Shown piece by piece: positions 44,227-54,300 of a DNA stretch of 64,000 bases (positions within the stretch are counted from its first letter, which is position 1; each line of letters opens with the position of its first letter). Made by a program: the position numbers and the translations under genes. This DNA is from a virus. Lineage: Duplodnaviria; Caudoviricetes. The DNA is taken from the IMG/VR virus record IMGVR_UViG_2765235998_000001, positions 24,865 through 88,864 of that record; one strand, written 5' to 3'. The notes beneath the pieces were generated by a model. That model was given only the letters and a program-made list of their open reading frames with translations, made no database searches and was not told where the DNA came from.

Positions 44227-45134
44227 GCGGTCCTTCGGGCTTGGGCGGGGACAGAGGCGCGGTGGGCGGCGCGGGCGCGCTGCTGCAGCAGGACGGGCAG
44301 CGCGGTGCCGGTGGTGTTGACGGTCCAGCGGGGATGCCACGGGATTACGACGCACCGGCAGTGCGGATGTCTGGGGGGCCCGGGGATTGCGGTGAGGAAC
44401 ACGGTCCGCTCGGGGGCCAGGGAGAGTCCGCCGGGGAAGCGGCCGCCGAGCCGGATGGAGCGGCCCGCGTAGGCGGCGCAGGCGGGGCAGGCCCCGGGTT
44501 CGGCCACCCACAGCATCCGCACCCCCGGGCCGAGATAGCGGGCCACGACCACAGCGGCGTGCGCGGACGCGGAGGTGACAGCGACAGCGACGCCGGCGGT
44601 GATGCGGGTGACCGCGCGGCGGGCGCGCGTGAACACGGACTTCAGTCCGGCCAGCCCGTACGCGGTGAGCCCCGCGGTCGTCAGGAGCGCCAGCGCGTGC
44701 GCGTGCTCTTCCTGCACGGCGGCGGGGATGCCGCCCGCGGCCCGATCAGCCGCTACGCCGGTCTCCGCAGCGATGGGGGGAGGGGCAACACCACGCAGCA
44801 TTCCGACGATCCTGGAAGCGTGCTGAATGCCCATGGACGCCGCGGTGAACGCGGCGCGCTGCGCTTCGGCCATGGCGTAGGCGCCCTGGCCGTGGAAGGC
44901 GGCCTGCAGGGCTTTGCGGATGTGCTCGATGAGCGCGGCGAGTTCGGCGGGCGGGGGGATGTGCTGGGTTGTGGTGGTGGCCATCGCCCAGCGGAGGGTG
45001 GCGTCTTGCTGTGCGTCGGCCAGGGCCTTGGACAGCGGGCGGGCGGCGGCTGCGGCGTGGCGGTGTTCGAGGGCCCGCAGCAGGGCGGGCTGGCGTTGCG
45101 CGGCGTCGGCGACGTTCTTGGAGGACTCCACCAC
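44223..45134 (-). CDS. Minor capsid/head morphogenesis protein (Mu gpF-like)
   Basis: WVAEPGACPAC..PPRHPHCRC. Confidence 0.75.
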   Translation of the reverse strand: MVESSKNVADAAQRQPALLRALEHRHAAAAARPLSKALADAQQDATLRWAMATTTTQHIPPPAELAALIEHIRKALQAAFHGQGAYAMAEAQRAAFTAASMGIQHASRIVGMLRGVAPPPIAAETGVAADRAAGGIPAAVQEEHAHALALLTTAGLTAYGLAGLKSVFTRARRAVTRITAGVAVAVTSASAHAAVVVARYLGPGVRMLWVAEPGACPACAAYAGRSIRLGGRFPGGLSLAPERTVFLTAIPGPPRHPHCRCVVIPWHPRWTVNTTGTALPVLLQQRARAAHRASVPAQARRTA

Positions 45135-45156
45135 ACCACCCCCTCTAGATCCGTGG

Positions 45157-45190
45157 AATCAAAGGCTCTCTTGCGTATCTGCCTTTGATT
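45157..45190. promoter_or_regulatory. Perfect 10-bp inverted repeat in divergent late control region
   Basis: AATCAAAGGC-N14-GCCTTTGATT; TAGCAT -10-like box at 45217. Confidence 0.65.
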
Positions 45191-45290
45191 GTGCAGCATA
45201 GACCCAGGGTTTGGGTTAGCATCCATGCCAGACGTGGGCGGCCAAGGTGCCGCGATCAACCACGTCCAGGCAGCCCAAGGAGGCTCTGAG

Positions 45291-46097
45291 ATGTCGACCC
45301 CCGCCCAGCCCGGAACGCCCACGACGGACCCCGGCAACCAGCCGGCCACCCCGCCCGCGCCCCAGGCACCCGCACCGACTCCGCCAGAGCCGGCCGCACC
45401 CGCAGCCCCGGCAACACCCCCCGCTACTCCCGCCGAACCCGCTCCGGCCACCGAGCCGCCGACCGAACCCAAGGCCAAGGCGCCCAAGTTCGAAGGCGAC
45501 TTCGACCCGGCCCGCTTCGAGAAGCTGGTCGAGAACCTCCGCAGCGACGTCGAAGCCCAGAAGCAGAAGACGACCGCCGCAGAGCAGAAGGCCGCAGAGC
45601 AGCAGGCCGACCTCCTCAAGAAGGTCGCCGCCGCTTTCGGACTCGACACCGGCGAGGAGAAGCCGCCCACCCCCGAAGAGCTCACCAAGAAGCTGAGCGA
45701 AGAGCAGTCCCGGACCAAGGAGTTCGAGGACCGCGCCCGCCAGACCGAGGTGGAGCTCGCCGTCTACAAGTCGGCTGGGGCGCACGGCGGCGACCCCGAC
45801 AGCCTCCTGGACTCCCGGGGCTTCGCCCAGGCCATCGCCAAGCTCGACCCGGCCGCTCCTGACTTCGCTGCCAGCGTGGAGCAGGCGGTCAAGCAGGCGG
45901 TGGAGGCGAACCCGAAGCTCGCCGCGAAAGCAGCCGAGCCGGCCAAGCCCGCAGTCCCCGCGGGCGGTGCGCCGATGGACGGGGCCCCGGGTTCGAAGCG
46001 GCAGCTGGGTGCGGAGGACGTCGCGCGGATGACCCCCGAACAGATCACCAAGGCCGTCGAAGAAGGACGCCTCACGTCCTATCTGGGTGGCCGGTAG
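45291..46097 (+). CDS. Capsid scaffolding protein
   Basis: AAGGAGG RBS; Pro-rich N-terminus; LLDSRGF; precedes capsid gene. Confidence 0.8.
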   Translation: MSTPAQPGTPTTDPGNQPATPPAPQAPAPTPPEPAAPAAPATPPATPAEPAPATEPPTEPKAKAPKFEGDFDPARFEKLVENLRSDVEAQKQKTTAAEQKAAEQQADLLKKVAAAFGLDTGEEKPPTPEELTKKLSEEQSRTKEFEDRARQTEVELAVYKSAGAHGGDPDSLLDSRGFAQAIAKLDPAAPDFAASVEQAVKQAVEANPKLAAKAAEPAKPAVPAGGAPMDGAPGSKRQLGAEDVARMTPEQITKAVEEGRLTSYLGGR

Positions 46098-46112
46098 GCA
46101 TTAGGAGCCTCC

Positions 46113-46973
46113 GTGTCGATCAACAACTTCAAGCCGGAGATCTGGTCTGCCCAGGTTCTGACGGCTCTTCGCAGCAGCCTCGTTTACGCCCAGCCGCAGC
46201 TCGTCAACCGCAACTACGAGGGCGAGATCAGCTCTCGCGGCCAGTCGGTGCACATCACCACCATCGGTGACCCGACGATCTTCGACTACGACGCGGGCGA
46301 CACCATCAACTACGAGGACGTCGAGACCGCGGGCACCGACCTGGTCATCGACCAGGGCAAGGCTTTCGCGTTCAAGTTGGACGACGTCGACAAGGCGCAG
46401 GCCCTGCTGAACCCGATGGCGCAGATGGCGACCAACGCCGCCTACGGGCTGCGAGACAAGGCCGACGCGTACGTCGCCTCCCTCTACACCGGGGTGGCTG
46501 CCGCGAACACGGTGGGCTCCACCGGCGCACCGATCGACACGTACACCACCCCGACCGACGCGTACAGCAAGGTCCTCGTCCCCCTGCGGACCAAGCTGAA
46601 CCGGGCCAACGTCCCCATGGAGGGCCGCTACGTCGTAGCGAGCCCCGAGTTCATCGGCTCCATGCTCAACGACGACCGCTTCATCCGCGCCGACGCGAGC
46701 GCCACCACCGAGGGACTGCGCAACGGCTTCGTCGGCCGCGCCGCCGGCTTCGACATCCTCGAGTCGAACAACACGCCCAACCCGTCCGGTGACACGCAGG
46801 TCATCCAGGCCGGCTACCCCGGGGCGATCACGTACGCGGAGCAGATCATCGAGACCGAGGCGCTGCGCCTGCAGAACACCATCGCCGACGCCATCCGCGG
46901 CCTCCACGTCTACGGCGCCAAGCTGCTGCGCCCCACCGGGATCGCCGTCGCGTTCGTCAACCCGGCCGCCTAG
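46113..46973 (+). CDS. Major capsid protein (P22 coat-like)
   Basis: FKPEIWS..VNRNYEGEI..GQSVHI..RGLHVYGAKLLRP. Confidence 0.9.
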   Translation: MSINNFKPEIWSAQVLTALRSSLVYAQPQLVNRNYEGEISSRGQSVHITTIGDPTIFDYDAGDTINYEDVETAGTDLVIDQGKAFAFKLDDVDKAQALLNPMAQMATNAAYGLRDKADAYVASLYTGVAAANTVGSTGAPIDTYTTPTDAYSKVLVPLRTKLNRANVPMEGRYVVASPEFIGSMLNDDRFIRADASATTEGLRNGFVGRAAGFDILESNNTPNPSGDTQVIQAGYPGAITYAEQIIETEALRLQNTIADAIRGLHVYGAKLLRPTGIAVAFVNPAA

Positions 46974-47025
46974 CCCTCCCAGGGCACCGACACCTCTCGT
47001 GCGCTGATCCCCTAGGAGGCCTCTC

Positions 47026-47403
47026 ATGGCGCGCACCGCCGTCACCTACACCGCTCTCACCCCCAACGGCCACACGTCCGACGTCGCCGGCACCACCATC
47101 GACGCGACCCTGGTCACCAACGGCGTCATCATCAACGACGTCGACCCCGAGCGCACCGTGCTCCGCGTCGCGAACACCGCGACCGGCGCGAAGAACGTCA
47201 TCGTCCGCACCGGATCCGGCAGCCAGTCGTGGATGGCCGGCCAGGGCGACCTCACCGTCGCCGTGGGCGCGAACACCGGCAAGGAGTTCGTCGGCCCCTT
47301 CACCTCCGCCCGCTTCCAGCAGCGGGGCACGAAGCTGTACGTCGACTTCGAGTCCGGGTTCCTGGGCACCATCACCGTCTTCAAGCTCCCCAAGGCGTAC
47401 TGA
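47026..47403 (+). CDS. Putative capsid decoration/structural protein
   Basis: After capsid gene; beta-rich. Confidence 0.6.
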   Translation: MARTAVTYTALTPNGHTSDVAGTTIDATLVTNGVIINDVDPERTVLRVANTATGAKNVIVRTGSGSQSWMAGQGDLTVAVGANTGKEFVGPFTSARFQQRGTKLYVDFESGFLGTITVFKLPKAY

Positions 47404-47405
47404 CC

Positions 47406-47999
47406 ATGGCGGCGCGCGAATACGAAGGCACCGGTGGGCTACGGCTCACCCTCGAGGACCCGCTGTCCCCCGAGATGGCCAAGCAGGTTGCCGCCGGGCA
47501 CTTGCACCCCGTCGACGGCAAGCCCACCGATGTGGAGGCCGGCGACAAGTCGCTGGTCGTCGTGCACGGCTCGGAGGCCGACACCGTCAACCGGGTCGGC
47601 GACCACCGCCGCGCACCCGGGGAGCGGCCGGGCGAGGACGCCCTGCCGGGCGAGTGGGCCACCTACGCGGTCGCCCTGGGCCTGAACGCGGGCCAGGCCT
47701 GCACCCTGACGCTCACCCAGCTGCAGGAGTGGGTGGACGCGCACGAGTCGGCGCTCGGCGAGGGCCAGGACGCCCCCGTGCCGAACACCGACCCCGAGAC
47801 CCCGGTGGAGCCCCTCCCGGACCGGCCCGCGAAGTCCGCGGCCGTCGCCGAGTGGCGGCAGTACGCCATCGCCCTCGGCATGGACCCCGACCAGGCCAAG
47901 GACGCCACCAAGTCCGACTGCCAGGACTACGCCCAGGTCGTCGAGGACGCCCGCGACACCGCGCAGCCCAGCGAGGACGAGACCGGGGGCCAGGAGTAG
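47406..47999 (+). CDS. Structural-region protein with two RP..A...EW..YA.ALG repeats
   Basis: EWATYAVALGL and EWRQYAIALGM. Confidence 0.65.
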   Translation: MAAREYEGTGGLRLTLEDPLSPEMAKQVAAGHLHPVDGKPTDVEAGDKSLVVVHGSEADTVNRVGDHRRAPGERPGEDALPGEWATYAVALGLNAGQACTLTLTQLQEWVDAHESALGEGQDAPVPNTDPETPVEPLPDRPAKSAAVAEWRQYAIALGMDPDQAKDATKSDCQDYAQVVEDARDTAQPSEDETGGQE

Positions 48000-48001
48000 T
48001 C

Positions 48002-48385
48002 ATGGCGCACGCGACGATCAGCGACCTCGAGGCGTGGCTCGCCCCCGAGCCCGCCCCGGCGAACGCGTGGCGGCTCCTCGAGCAGGCCTCCGACGCGATC
48101 GACGGCGCGCTGACCGGCGCCATGTACAGCCCCGAAGACCCCGAAGTCCAAGCCGTCCTCACCAAGGCGTGCGTACGGCAGGCCCAGTTCATGATGGACC
48201 GCGACGACGAGACGGGCGCCAACTCCGACGTACAGTCCATGACGGTCGGGCAGCGCTCCATCACCCGCCGCGCCCCCAACAACACCAGCAGCAGCGGCGG
48301 TTCCGGGGTGCCGGTGGGCAGGCAGGCTGCCCTCGTCCTGCGCAACGCCGGGCTGCTGACCATGTGGCCGCTGGTGACCGGCTGA
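48002..48385 (+). CDS. Head-to-tail adaptor
   Basis: AHATISDL..RLLEQASDAID..ACVRQAQF; position. Confidence 0.75.
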   Translation: MAHATISDLEAWLAPEPAPANAWRLLEQASDAIDGALTGAMYSPEDPEVQAVLTKACVRQAQFMMDRDDETGANSDVQSMTVGQRSITRRAPNNTSSSGGSGVPVGRQAALVLRNAGLLTMWPLVTG

Positions 48386-48726
48386 TGCCCGGGCCCATCG
48401 GACGCCAGTCCGTCACCGTGCTGGACGCCCCCCTCATAGGCGGCGACTACAACACCCAGGTCCGCGACTGGGACCACCCGACCCAGACGGTCGTGTCCGG
48501 CTGCACGGTCGACTACACCACCGCCTCCCGCACCCGGCAGGCGGGCGACCAGACCACTACCCGCGCCCAACTCTTCATGCCCCCACGGGCGATGACGGTC
48601 GTGAGTGGGATGCGCGTGGCGTGGGACGGCCGCACCTGGGACGTCGACGGTGTGCCCGCTACCCCGGAGAGCGCAGGCCCGCTGTCCGGTCAGGTCATCT
48701 CCCTGCTGGAGGTGAAGGGCGCATGA
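48385..48726 (+). CDS. Head-to-tail stopper
   Basis: DYNTQVRDWDHP..RVAWDGRTWDVDG; position. Confidence 0.75.
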   Translation: MPGPIGRQSVTVLDAPLIGGDYNTQVRDWDHPTQTVVSGCTVDYTTASRTRQAGDQTTTRAQLFMPPRAMTVVSGMRVAWDGRTWDVDGVPATPESAGPLSGQVISLLEVKGA

Positions 48727-49058
48727 GCAGCGACGTCATCATCACGGTGGACCTGGACGAGGACGCCATCCACAACCTGCCGCTCTCCCGCGAAGTGCAG
48801 GACGACCTCGCCCAGCGCATGGACCGCGTCGTGGACGTAGCCAAGGCCACCGCCCCGGTCCTCACCGGCGCCTACCGGGACTCCATCCACCGCGTGGAAG
48901 AGCCCGACCCGGACGGCACCGTCAACGTCGACGCCACCGTCGACTACGCCTACTACGTCGAACACGGCACCCGACAGGTCGACCGCAACGGCCACTCCAT
49001 CCACCGCCCCCACTACACGCTCTCGCACGCCCTGGACGCGGCAGGGGGCGATCACTGA
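48723..49058 (+). CDS. HK97 gp10-like neck protein
   Basis: APVLTGAYRDSI..YAYYVEHGT. Confidence 0.8.
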   Translation: MSSDVIITVDLDEDAIHNLPLSREVQDDLAQRMDRVVDVAKATAPVLTGAYRDSIHRVEEPDPDGTVNVDATVDYAYYVEHGTRQVDRNGHSIHRPHYTLSHALDAAGGDH

Positions 49059-49324
49059 TGAAGGAGACCACCGCCATGGCTGACCCCGCAGACCTGGTCA
49101 CGCTGAAGCTCATCTTCTGGCACAAGGGCAAGCAGCCCGGCGACACCGTCCAGGTCCGCCGGGACGAAGTCCGCTCCTGGTACGGGTTCGCCGAACTCGT
49201 CGACGACGTCGAACCGGCGAAGGCCGACGAGAGCGCGGACACCGGCGCGCAGAAGACCCCCGACAAGGCCGACGACACCAGCACGCCCGCGAAGGCCCCG
49301 GCCAAGACGAGCACGGCCAAGTAG
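49058..49324 (+). CDS. Hypothetical protein
   Basis: Coupled ORF in structural operon. Confidence 0.6.
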   Translation: MKETTAMADPADLVTLKLIFWHKGKQPGDTVQVRRDEVRSWYGFAELVDDVEPAKADESADTGAQKTPDKADDTSTPAKAPAKTSTAK

Positions 49325-49326
49325 CG

Positions 49327-49767
49327 ATGACGACGCCGGTTCTCCCCGACAGCAAGCAGATCGCCATCGATCTGCTGCAGAGCGCGCTCGGTAGTACCGC
49401 GCGTGTCGTCGGTGAGCTCCCGGACTCGGCCGGCTTCGACGCCGAGCTTCCCCTGGTGCGGATCCTGCGCATCGGCGGCACCGCCGGACTGCGCGGCTGG
49501 GCCGATCCCTCGGCGATCGACCGGCCCCGCTTCTCCGTCGACTGCTACGCGCTCGCCAAGCCCGCCCTCGGCGCGGCCATGCGCCTCGCCCTCAGGGTGC
49601 GCGGCGAGTGGGAGCTCCTGCCCGGGCAGGCCACCGCCGACGGGATCGTCACCGCCACGTCCGAGGAGACCGGACCACAGGACCGGCCCGAAGAACCCAA
49701 CACCGGGGTTCGCCGGGTCGGCATGACCCTGGGGATGAGCGTTCGCCCACCCCGAACCGTGAGCTAG
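49327..49767 (+). CDS. Tail terminator
   Basis: LPLVRILRIGG..DRPRFSVDCYA; precedes tail tube. Confidence 0.75.
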   Translation: MTTPVLPDSKQIAIDLLQSALGSTARVVGELPDSAGFDAELPLVRILRIGGTAGLRGWADPSAIDRPRFSVDCYALAKPALGAAMRLALRVRGEWELLPGQATADGIVTATSEETGPQDRPEEPNTGVRRVGMTLGMSVRPPRTVS

Positions 49768-49777
49768 GAGGCCCGTC

Positions 49778-50365
49778 GTGGGCAACGCAGACAACATCAA
49801 GATTGGCGTGAAGGGCCGCGCCTACGTCGCCGACGTCGGCACGACCTTCCCCACCAGCCCCTTCGTCGCCTGGGGAACCGGCTGGGCCGACCTCGGCTAC
49901 ATGCACCCCGACGGTCTCGAGGAGGCCCTCGGCGAGGACCGCACCGAGATCAACGCCTGGGGTGAGGAAGCCCCGGTGAAGACCCGCGTCAAGTCCCGCG
50001 ACGGCTCCTTCAAGATGAACTTCCTGGAGACGACAGCGGAGATGCTGTCGCTCTACTACGCCGTCCTCATCTCCGACATGACCTCGGTGCCGGCCGTGGT
50101 CGGGCCGCCGGCGACCGGCCAGTACCTGTCCTTCGGGACCGGGCAGGCATCCCCGGGCATCGAGAAGGCCCTGGGGATCGACATCATCGAGGGCGACGAG
50201 ATCGAACGCATCATGATTGCCCGCGTCGACGTGTCCGACCGCGGCAACCGCAAGCGTTCCGCGGACGACGCCAGCGGCTACGAGCTCACCTTCAAGCCGC
50301 TCGCCGCCCCCTCCGGCGGCCAGGCCGTCCAGCGCTTCATCACCAACATCGCCCTCCCGGCGTAA
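49778..50365 (+). CDS. Major tail (tube) protein
   Basis: WADLGYMHPDGL..INAWG..MNFLET..GYELTF. Confidence 0.85.
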   Translation: MGNADNIKIGVKGRAYVADVGTTFPTSPFVAWGTGWADLGYMHPDGLEEALGEDRTEINAWGEEAPVKTRVKSRDGSFKMNFLETTAEMLSLYYAVLISDMTSVPAVVGPPATGQYLSFGTGQASPGIEKALGIDIIEGDEIERIMIARVDVSDRGNRKRSADDASGYELTFKPLAAPSGGQAVQRFITNIALPA

Positions 50366-50483
50366 CCCCCTGAACTGGTGGTCCGCCGCGCTCACATCCC
50401 TGGGCGGGGGCGGCGCCGGCGGACCACCACCCCACCCCTCAGCTCCCCGCCCTGAGCCCCTGCCCTAGAAGAGAGAACCCGCC

Positions 50484-50897
50484 GTGTCCAAGCCCAACCG
50501 CAAGGTCGTCCGCCTCCAGCAGATGCGCGCCCAGCGCCAGGCCGCCGCGAAGGTCCAGTTCGTCGACATCGTCTTCGACAACGAACAAGGCCTCGAGGAG
50601 ACCTGCACCTTCCCCGTCCAGGACGACTGGCCGCTGGAAGTCATCGAGGAAGTCGAGGAGAAGGGCGGCAACGCCAACCTCAACGTCCTGCGCGAACTCG
50701 CCACTCCCAAGGAGGCGTTCGACAGGCTGGTGAAGGTCGCCAAGCTCACCGTCGGTGAACTCAAGGACCTCATCAGCGAGATGGACGGCGAGGCGGGCAC
50801 CAGCCAGGGGGAAGGCTCTGGCTCCTCGCCCTCCTCCGAGAGCACGCCGGAGCCGTCCGAGCCGACCTCCAGCGCTACTACCCCGGCCGCCGCCTAG
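50484..50897 (+). CDS. Tail assembly chaperone (G)
   Basis: Between tube and TMP genes; ends QGEGSGSSPSSEST. Confidence 0.85.
   Translation: MSKPNRKVVRLQQMRAQRQAAAKVQFVDIVFDNEQGLEETCTFPVQDDWPLEVIEEVEEKGGNANLNVLRELATPKEAFDRLVKVAKLTVGELKDLISEMDGEAGTSQGEGSGSSPSSESTPEPSEPTSSATTPAAA
50807..50813 (+). other. -1 programmed frameshift site GGGGGAA
   Basis: -1 frame is open from the site (RLWLLALLREHAGAVRADLQRYY...) to the stop at 51340. Confidence 0.85.
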
Positions 50898-51340
50898 AGG
50901 AGTTCTGGGCCATGTCCTGGGGTGAAGGAACCATGAACTGGGCCGAGCTCCGCGACCTGGTCACCAACCTGCCCGAGGACTCCGCCACGAAGGCCGCCTA
51001 CGCGGGCGACAGGGACGGCCACCGGTGGAAGCAGGACACCTACCTGCAAGCCACCACGGTCAACCTGCTGCAGCTCATCGCGGCCACCCTGTGGAAGGCC
51101 CACCTCAAGGGCGACCCGCCGGAGATGACACCGGTCCAGCCGCCCAAGCTCGCCGCGGACGAGGAACGCGACCAGCTCGCCGAAGCACGCACGGCCCGCA
51201 ACCGGGCGCTGCTGGACAGCCTGCGCCCGCAGCAGGACCCGGCCGTCACCGCGGCGAAACAGGCAGAGATCGAGCAGTGGCTGGCCAGGATCCGCGAACT
51301 AGAGCAGGCCAAGGCCGCACAGCCGCAACCGCAGTCGTAG
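50810..51340 (+). CDS. Tail assembly chaperone GT extension (frameshift product)
   Basis: ADLQRYY..L..LPEDSAT motif typical of actinophage GT. Confidence 0.8.
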   Translation, partial: GRLWLLALLREHAGAVRADLQRYYPGRRLEEFWAMSWGEGTMNWAELRDLVTNLPEDSATKAAYAGDRDGHRWKQDTYLQATTVNLLQLIAATLWKAHLKGDPPEMTPVQPPKLAADEERDQLAEARTARNRALLDSLRPQQDPAVTAAKQAEIEQWLARIRELEQAKAAQPQPQS

Positions 51341-51356
51341 AAGAGGGGAGGGCAGC

Positions 51357-54300
51357 ATGGCCGAAGCCACCGTCGTCGGCTCCACCCGGGTCAGTCTGAT
51401 CCCGGACATGAGCCAGTTCGGCGACCGGCTCCGTATCGAGCTGCCCTCCGCGATCCGCGAACCCGCCAAAGCCGCCGGCGATCTCGCCGGGGACACGATC
51501 CGTACCGCCATCCTCAAGAAGCTCGCCAAGCCGATCGGCGTGAAGGTCACCGCGTCCCTGGACGATGCGGCCGCCAAGACGTCCCTGCGTGCCCTCACCC
51601 AGGACCGCACGGTCAAGGTGGTCGCCGACCTCGACGACAAGGCCGCCAAGACGGGCCTGGACCGGCTCACTGTGGGCCGCAAGGTCACCATCACCGCCGA
51701 AGTCGACGACACCGCCGCGAAGTCGAAGCTGGGGGCGCTGTCCGGGCAGCACACCGTCGACATCCTCCCGAAGATCCAGCAGGCCGCCTACCGGCAAGCC
51801 GAACAGCAGATCGCCCGCCTGGTCCAGGACCGCGTCGTCAACATCCGCGCCAGCGTGGACACCCGCGTGGCGGCGAACGAGATCCGCAACTTGATCCAGC
51901 GGCGGGTAGTCCGGATCGGCGCGGACGTCGACACCCGCGTCGCTGCCGCCGACCTCGCCAACCTCACCCAGCGGCGCACCGTCCGTATCAACGCCGACGT
52001 CGACACCGCGGCCGCGGCCACCCGGCTGGCAGCGCTGACCCGGGACCGCTCCGTCAACGTCCGTATCCGCACCCTCGGCCTGGGCGCCCTCACCGGATCC
52101 CTGGGGTCCCTCGGCTCCTCCGGCTCGAGCAGCAGTGGCGGCATCGCCTCCCTGGCCGCGACGGTGCTGAAGTTCACCACGCTCGCAGCGACCGCCCTGC
52201 CCACCATCGCCTCCCTCGCCCAGGCCCTGGCGCAGATGGGCCCCCTCGCGGCCACGGCCGCACCCGCGGTCGCCGCGCTCGGCGGCGCGTTCGCCGCGTT
52301 CAAGGTCGGCACCATGGGCGTCGGGGACGCCATCAAGGCCGCCTTCAACCCGGTCGCCTCCGAGGCCACCAAGGCGGCCACGGCCACCCGGCAGGTGGAG
52401 AACGCGCAGCGCTCCCTCACCCGCGCCCAGCAGTCCCTCAAGGACGCCCAGGTCCAGGCCGCCGACCGGGTCAAGCAGGCCAACCAGCAAGTCGCCACTG
52501 CCGAACGCGACCTCACCGCCGCACAGCGCGATGCACGCCAGGCCCAGCAGGACCTCAACGCGGCCCGCCACCAGGCCGTCCGTGACCTGCAGGACATGAA
52601 CAACCAGCTCAAGGACTCCCGCCTCGACGAGGAAGGCGCCACCCTCGCCGTCCAGCAGGCCGAGGAAGACCTCGCCCGCACCCGCTCCGACCCGACCGCC
52701 ACCCAGCTGCAGATCCAGCAGGCCGAACTCGCCAAGGAGCGGGCGGTGCAGTCCCTGGACGAGCAGCGCCTGGCCACCAATCGGCTCGAGAAGGACACCG
52801 CGGCCGCGAACAAGGCCGGCGTCGAGGGCAGCAAGACGGTTCTGCAGGCCAAGCAGCAGGTGTCCAACGCGGATCAGCAGGTCGCCGACCGGCAGCGTGC
52901 CCTCGTTCAGGCGCAGGCCGATGTGGTCAAGGCGCAGGTGGAGGGGCAGCGGCAGATCGCCGACGCCCAGCAGGCCGTTGCCGATGCCGCCCGCAGTGTG
53001 GCCGATGCTCAGCAGAAGGCCACCACGCAGGTCTCCGCTCTGGATACGGCGCTGTCGAAGCTGTCGCCGAACGCGCGGGCGTTCGTCGGCCAGTTGCAGG
53101 CGATGGCCCCGGCGTGGCGGGACATGAAGCTCGACGTGCAGGACCGTCTGTTCTCCGGTGTCGCCACCCGGCTCGGCACGGTGGGTGCCCAGGTTCTGCC
53201 GACGGTGCGCCGCGGCCTGATCGGCGCCGCCGGCGAGCTCAACCTCATGGGCAAGAACGCGCTGACCGCCGTATCGAACCTGCAGAAGACCGGGCAGCTC
53301 AAGCAGATCTTCGACGGCGTGACGACATCCCTGGGGAACGTGTCCCGCATCCCCGGCCAGATGGTCACCGGGTTCGCCCAGCTCAGCATCGCCGCGCAGC
53401 CCGCGTTCGACCGCATCACCGCCGGCGCCGCAAGCGTCGTCGACAAGGTGATGGGCAAGCTCGCGGCCGGCATGAAGGACGGCAGCCTCACCGACGCCAT
53501 CAACACCGCCCTCGATGTCGCCCTCCAGTTCGGCCAGGTCCTGGGGGACATCGGCGGCATCCTCGCCGGGGTCTTCAAGGCGGCATCCGCGGCGGGCGGA
53601 GACTTCTTCGGGACGATCGGCGCCGCCCTCGCGGAGATCCGCCGCATCATCGAACTCCCCGAAGTCCAGGCAGCCCTCACCCAGATCTTCAAAGCCCTCA
53701 ACGCAGTCGCGACGCTCATCGCGGGCACCCTCGGGTCGGTCATCCAGGCAGTGCTGCCGCTGCTGGCCGTGCTCGCCCCCATCGTCAAGGAACTCGCCGA
53801 GAAGTTCGGGCCCGTCATTGCGCAGGTTCTGGGCGCGCTCGGCAAAGCCCTCATGCCGGTCATCGACGCGCTGCTGCCCGTCCTCCTCAACGTCGGCGGC
53901 ATCCTGGTCGGTCTGGTCACCGGCCTGATGCCGCTCCTGCAGCCCCTCGGCAACCTGATCGGGGCGATCGTCACCGCCCTCGCCCCCGTGGTCTCAGCCC
54001 TGGGGGCACAGTTGGTGCCGGTCGTTGCCTCGCTGGCGCAGGGCCTGGCCCCGGTGATCGGATCCCTGGTCCCGGCCGTGCAGAGCCTGGGCCAGTTCAT
54101 CGGCCAACTCGCGCCGCTGTTCCCGCAGATCCTGCTGGCCATGATGCCGCTGCTGCCGCCCCTGGCCCAGCTGACGGTGTCCCTGCTGACGCTGGCCCTG
54201 CAGGTCATCACCCCGCTGATGCCGCTGATCGTGATGCTGGCGGGCCTGCTCACCAAATCCCTCGCCACGGCGATCGGCACGCTGGTCCCGGTCATCGTCA

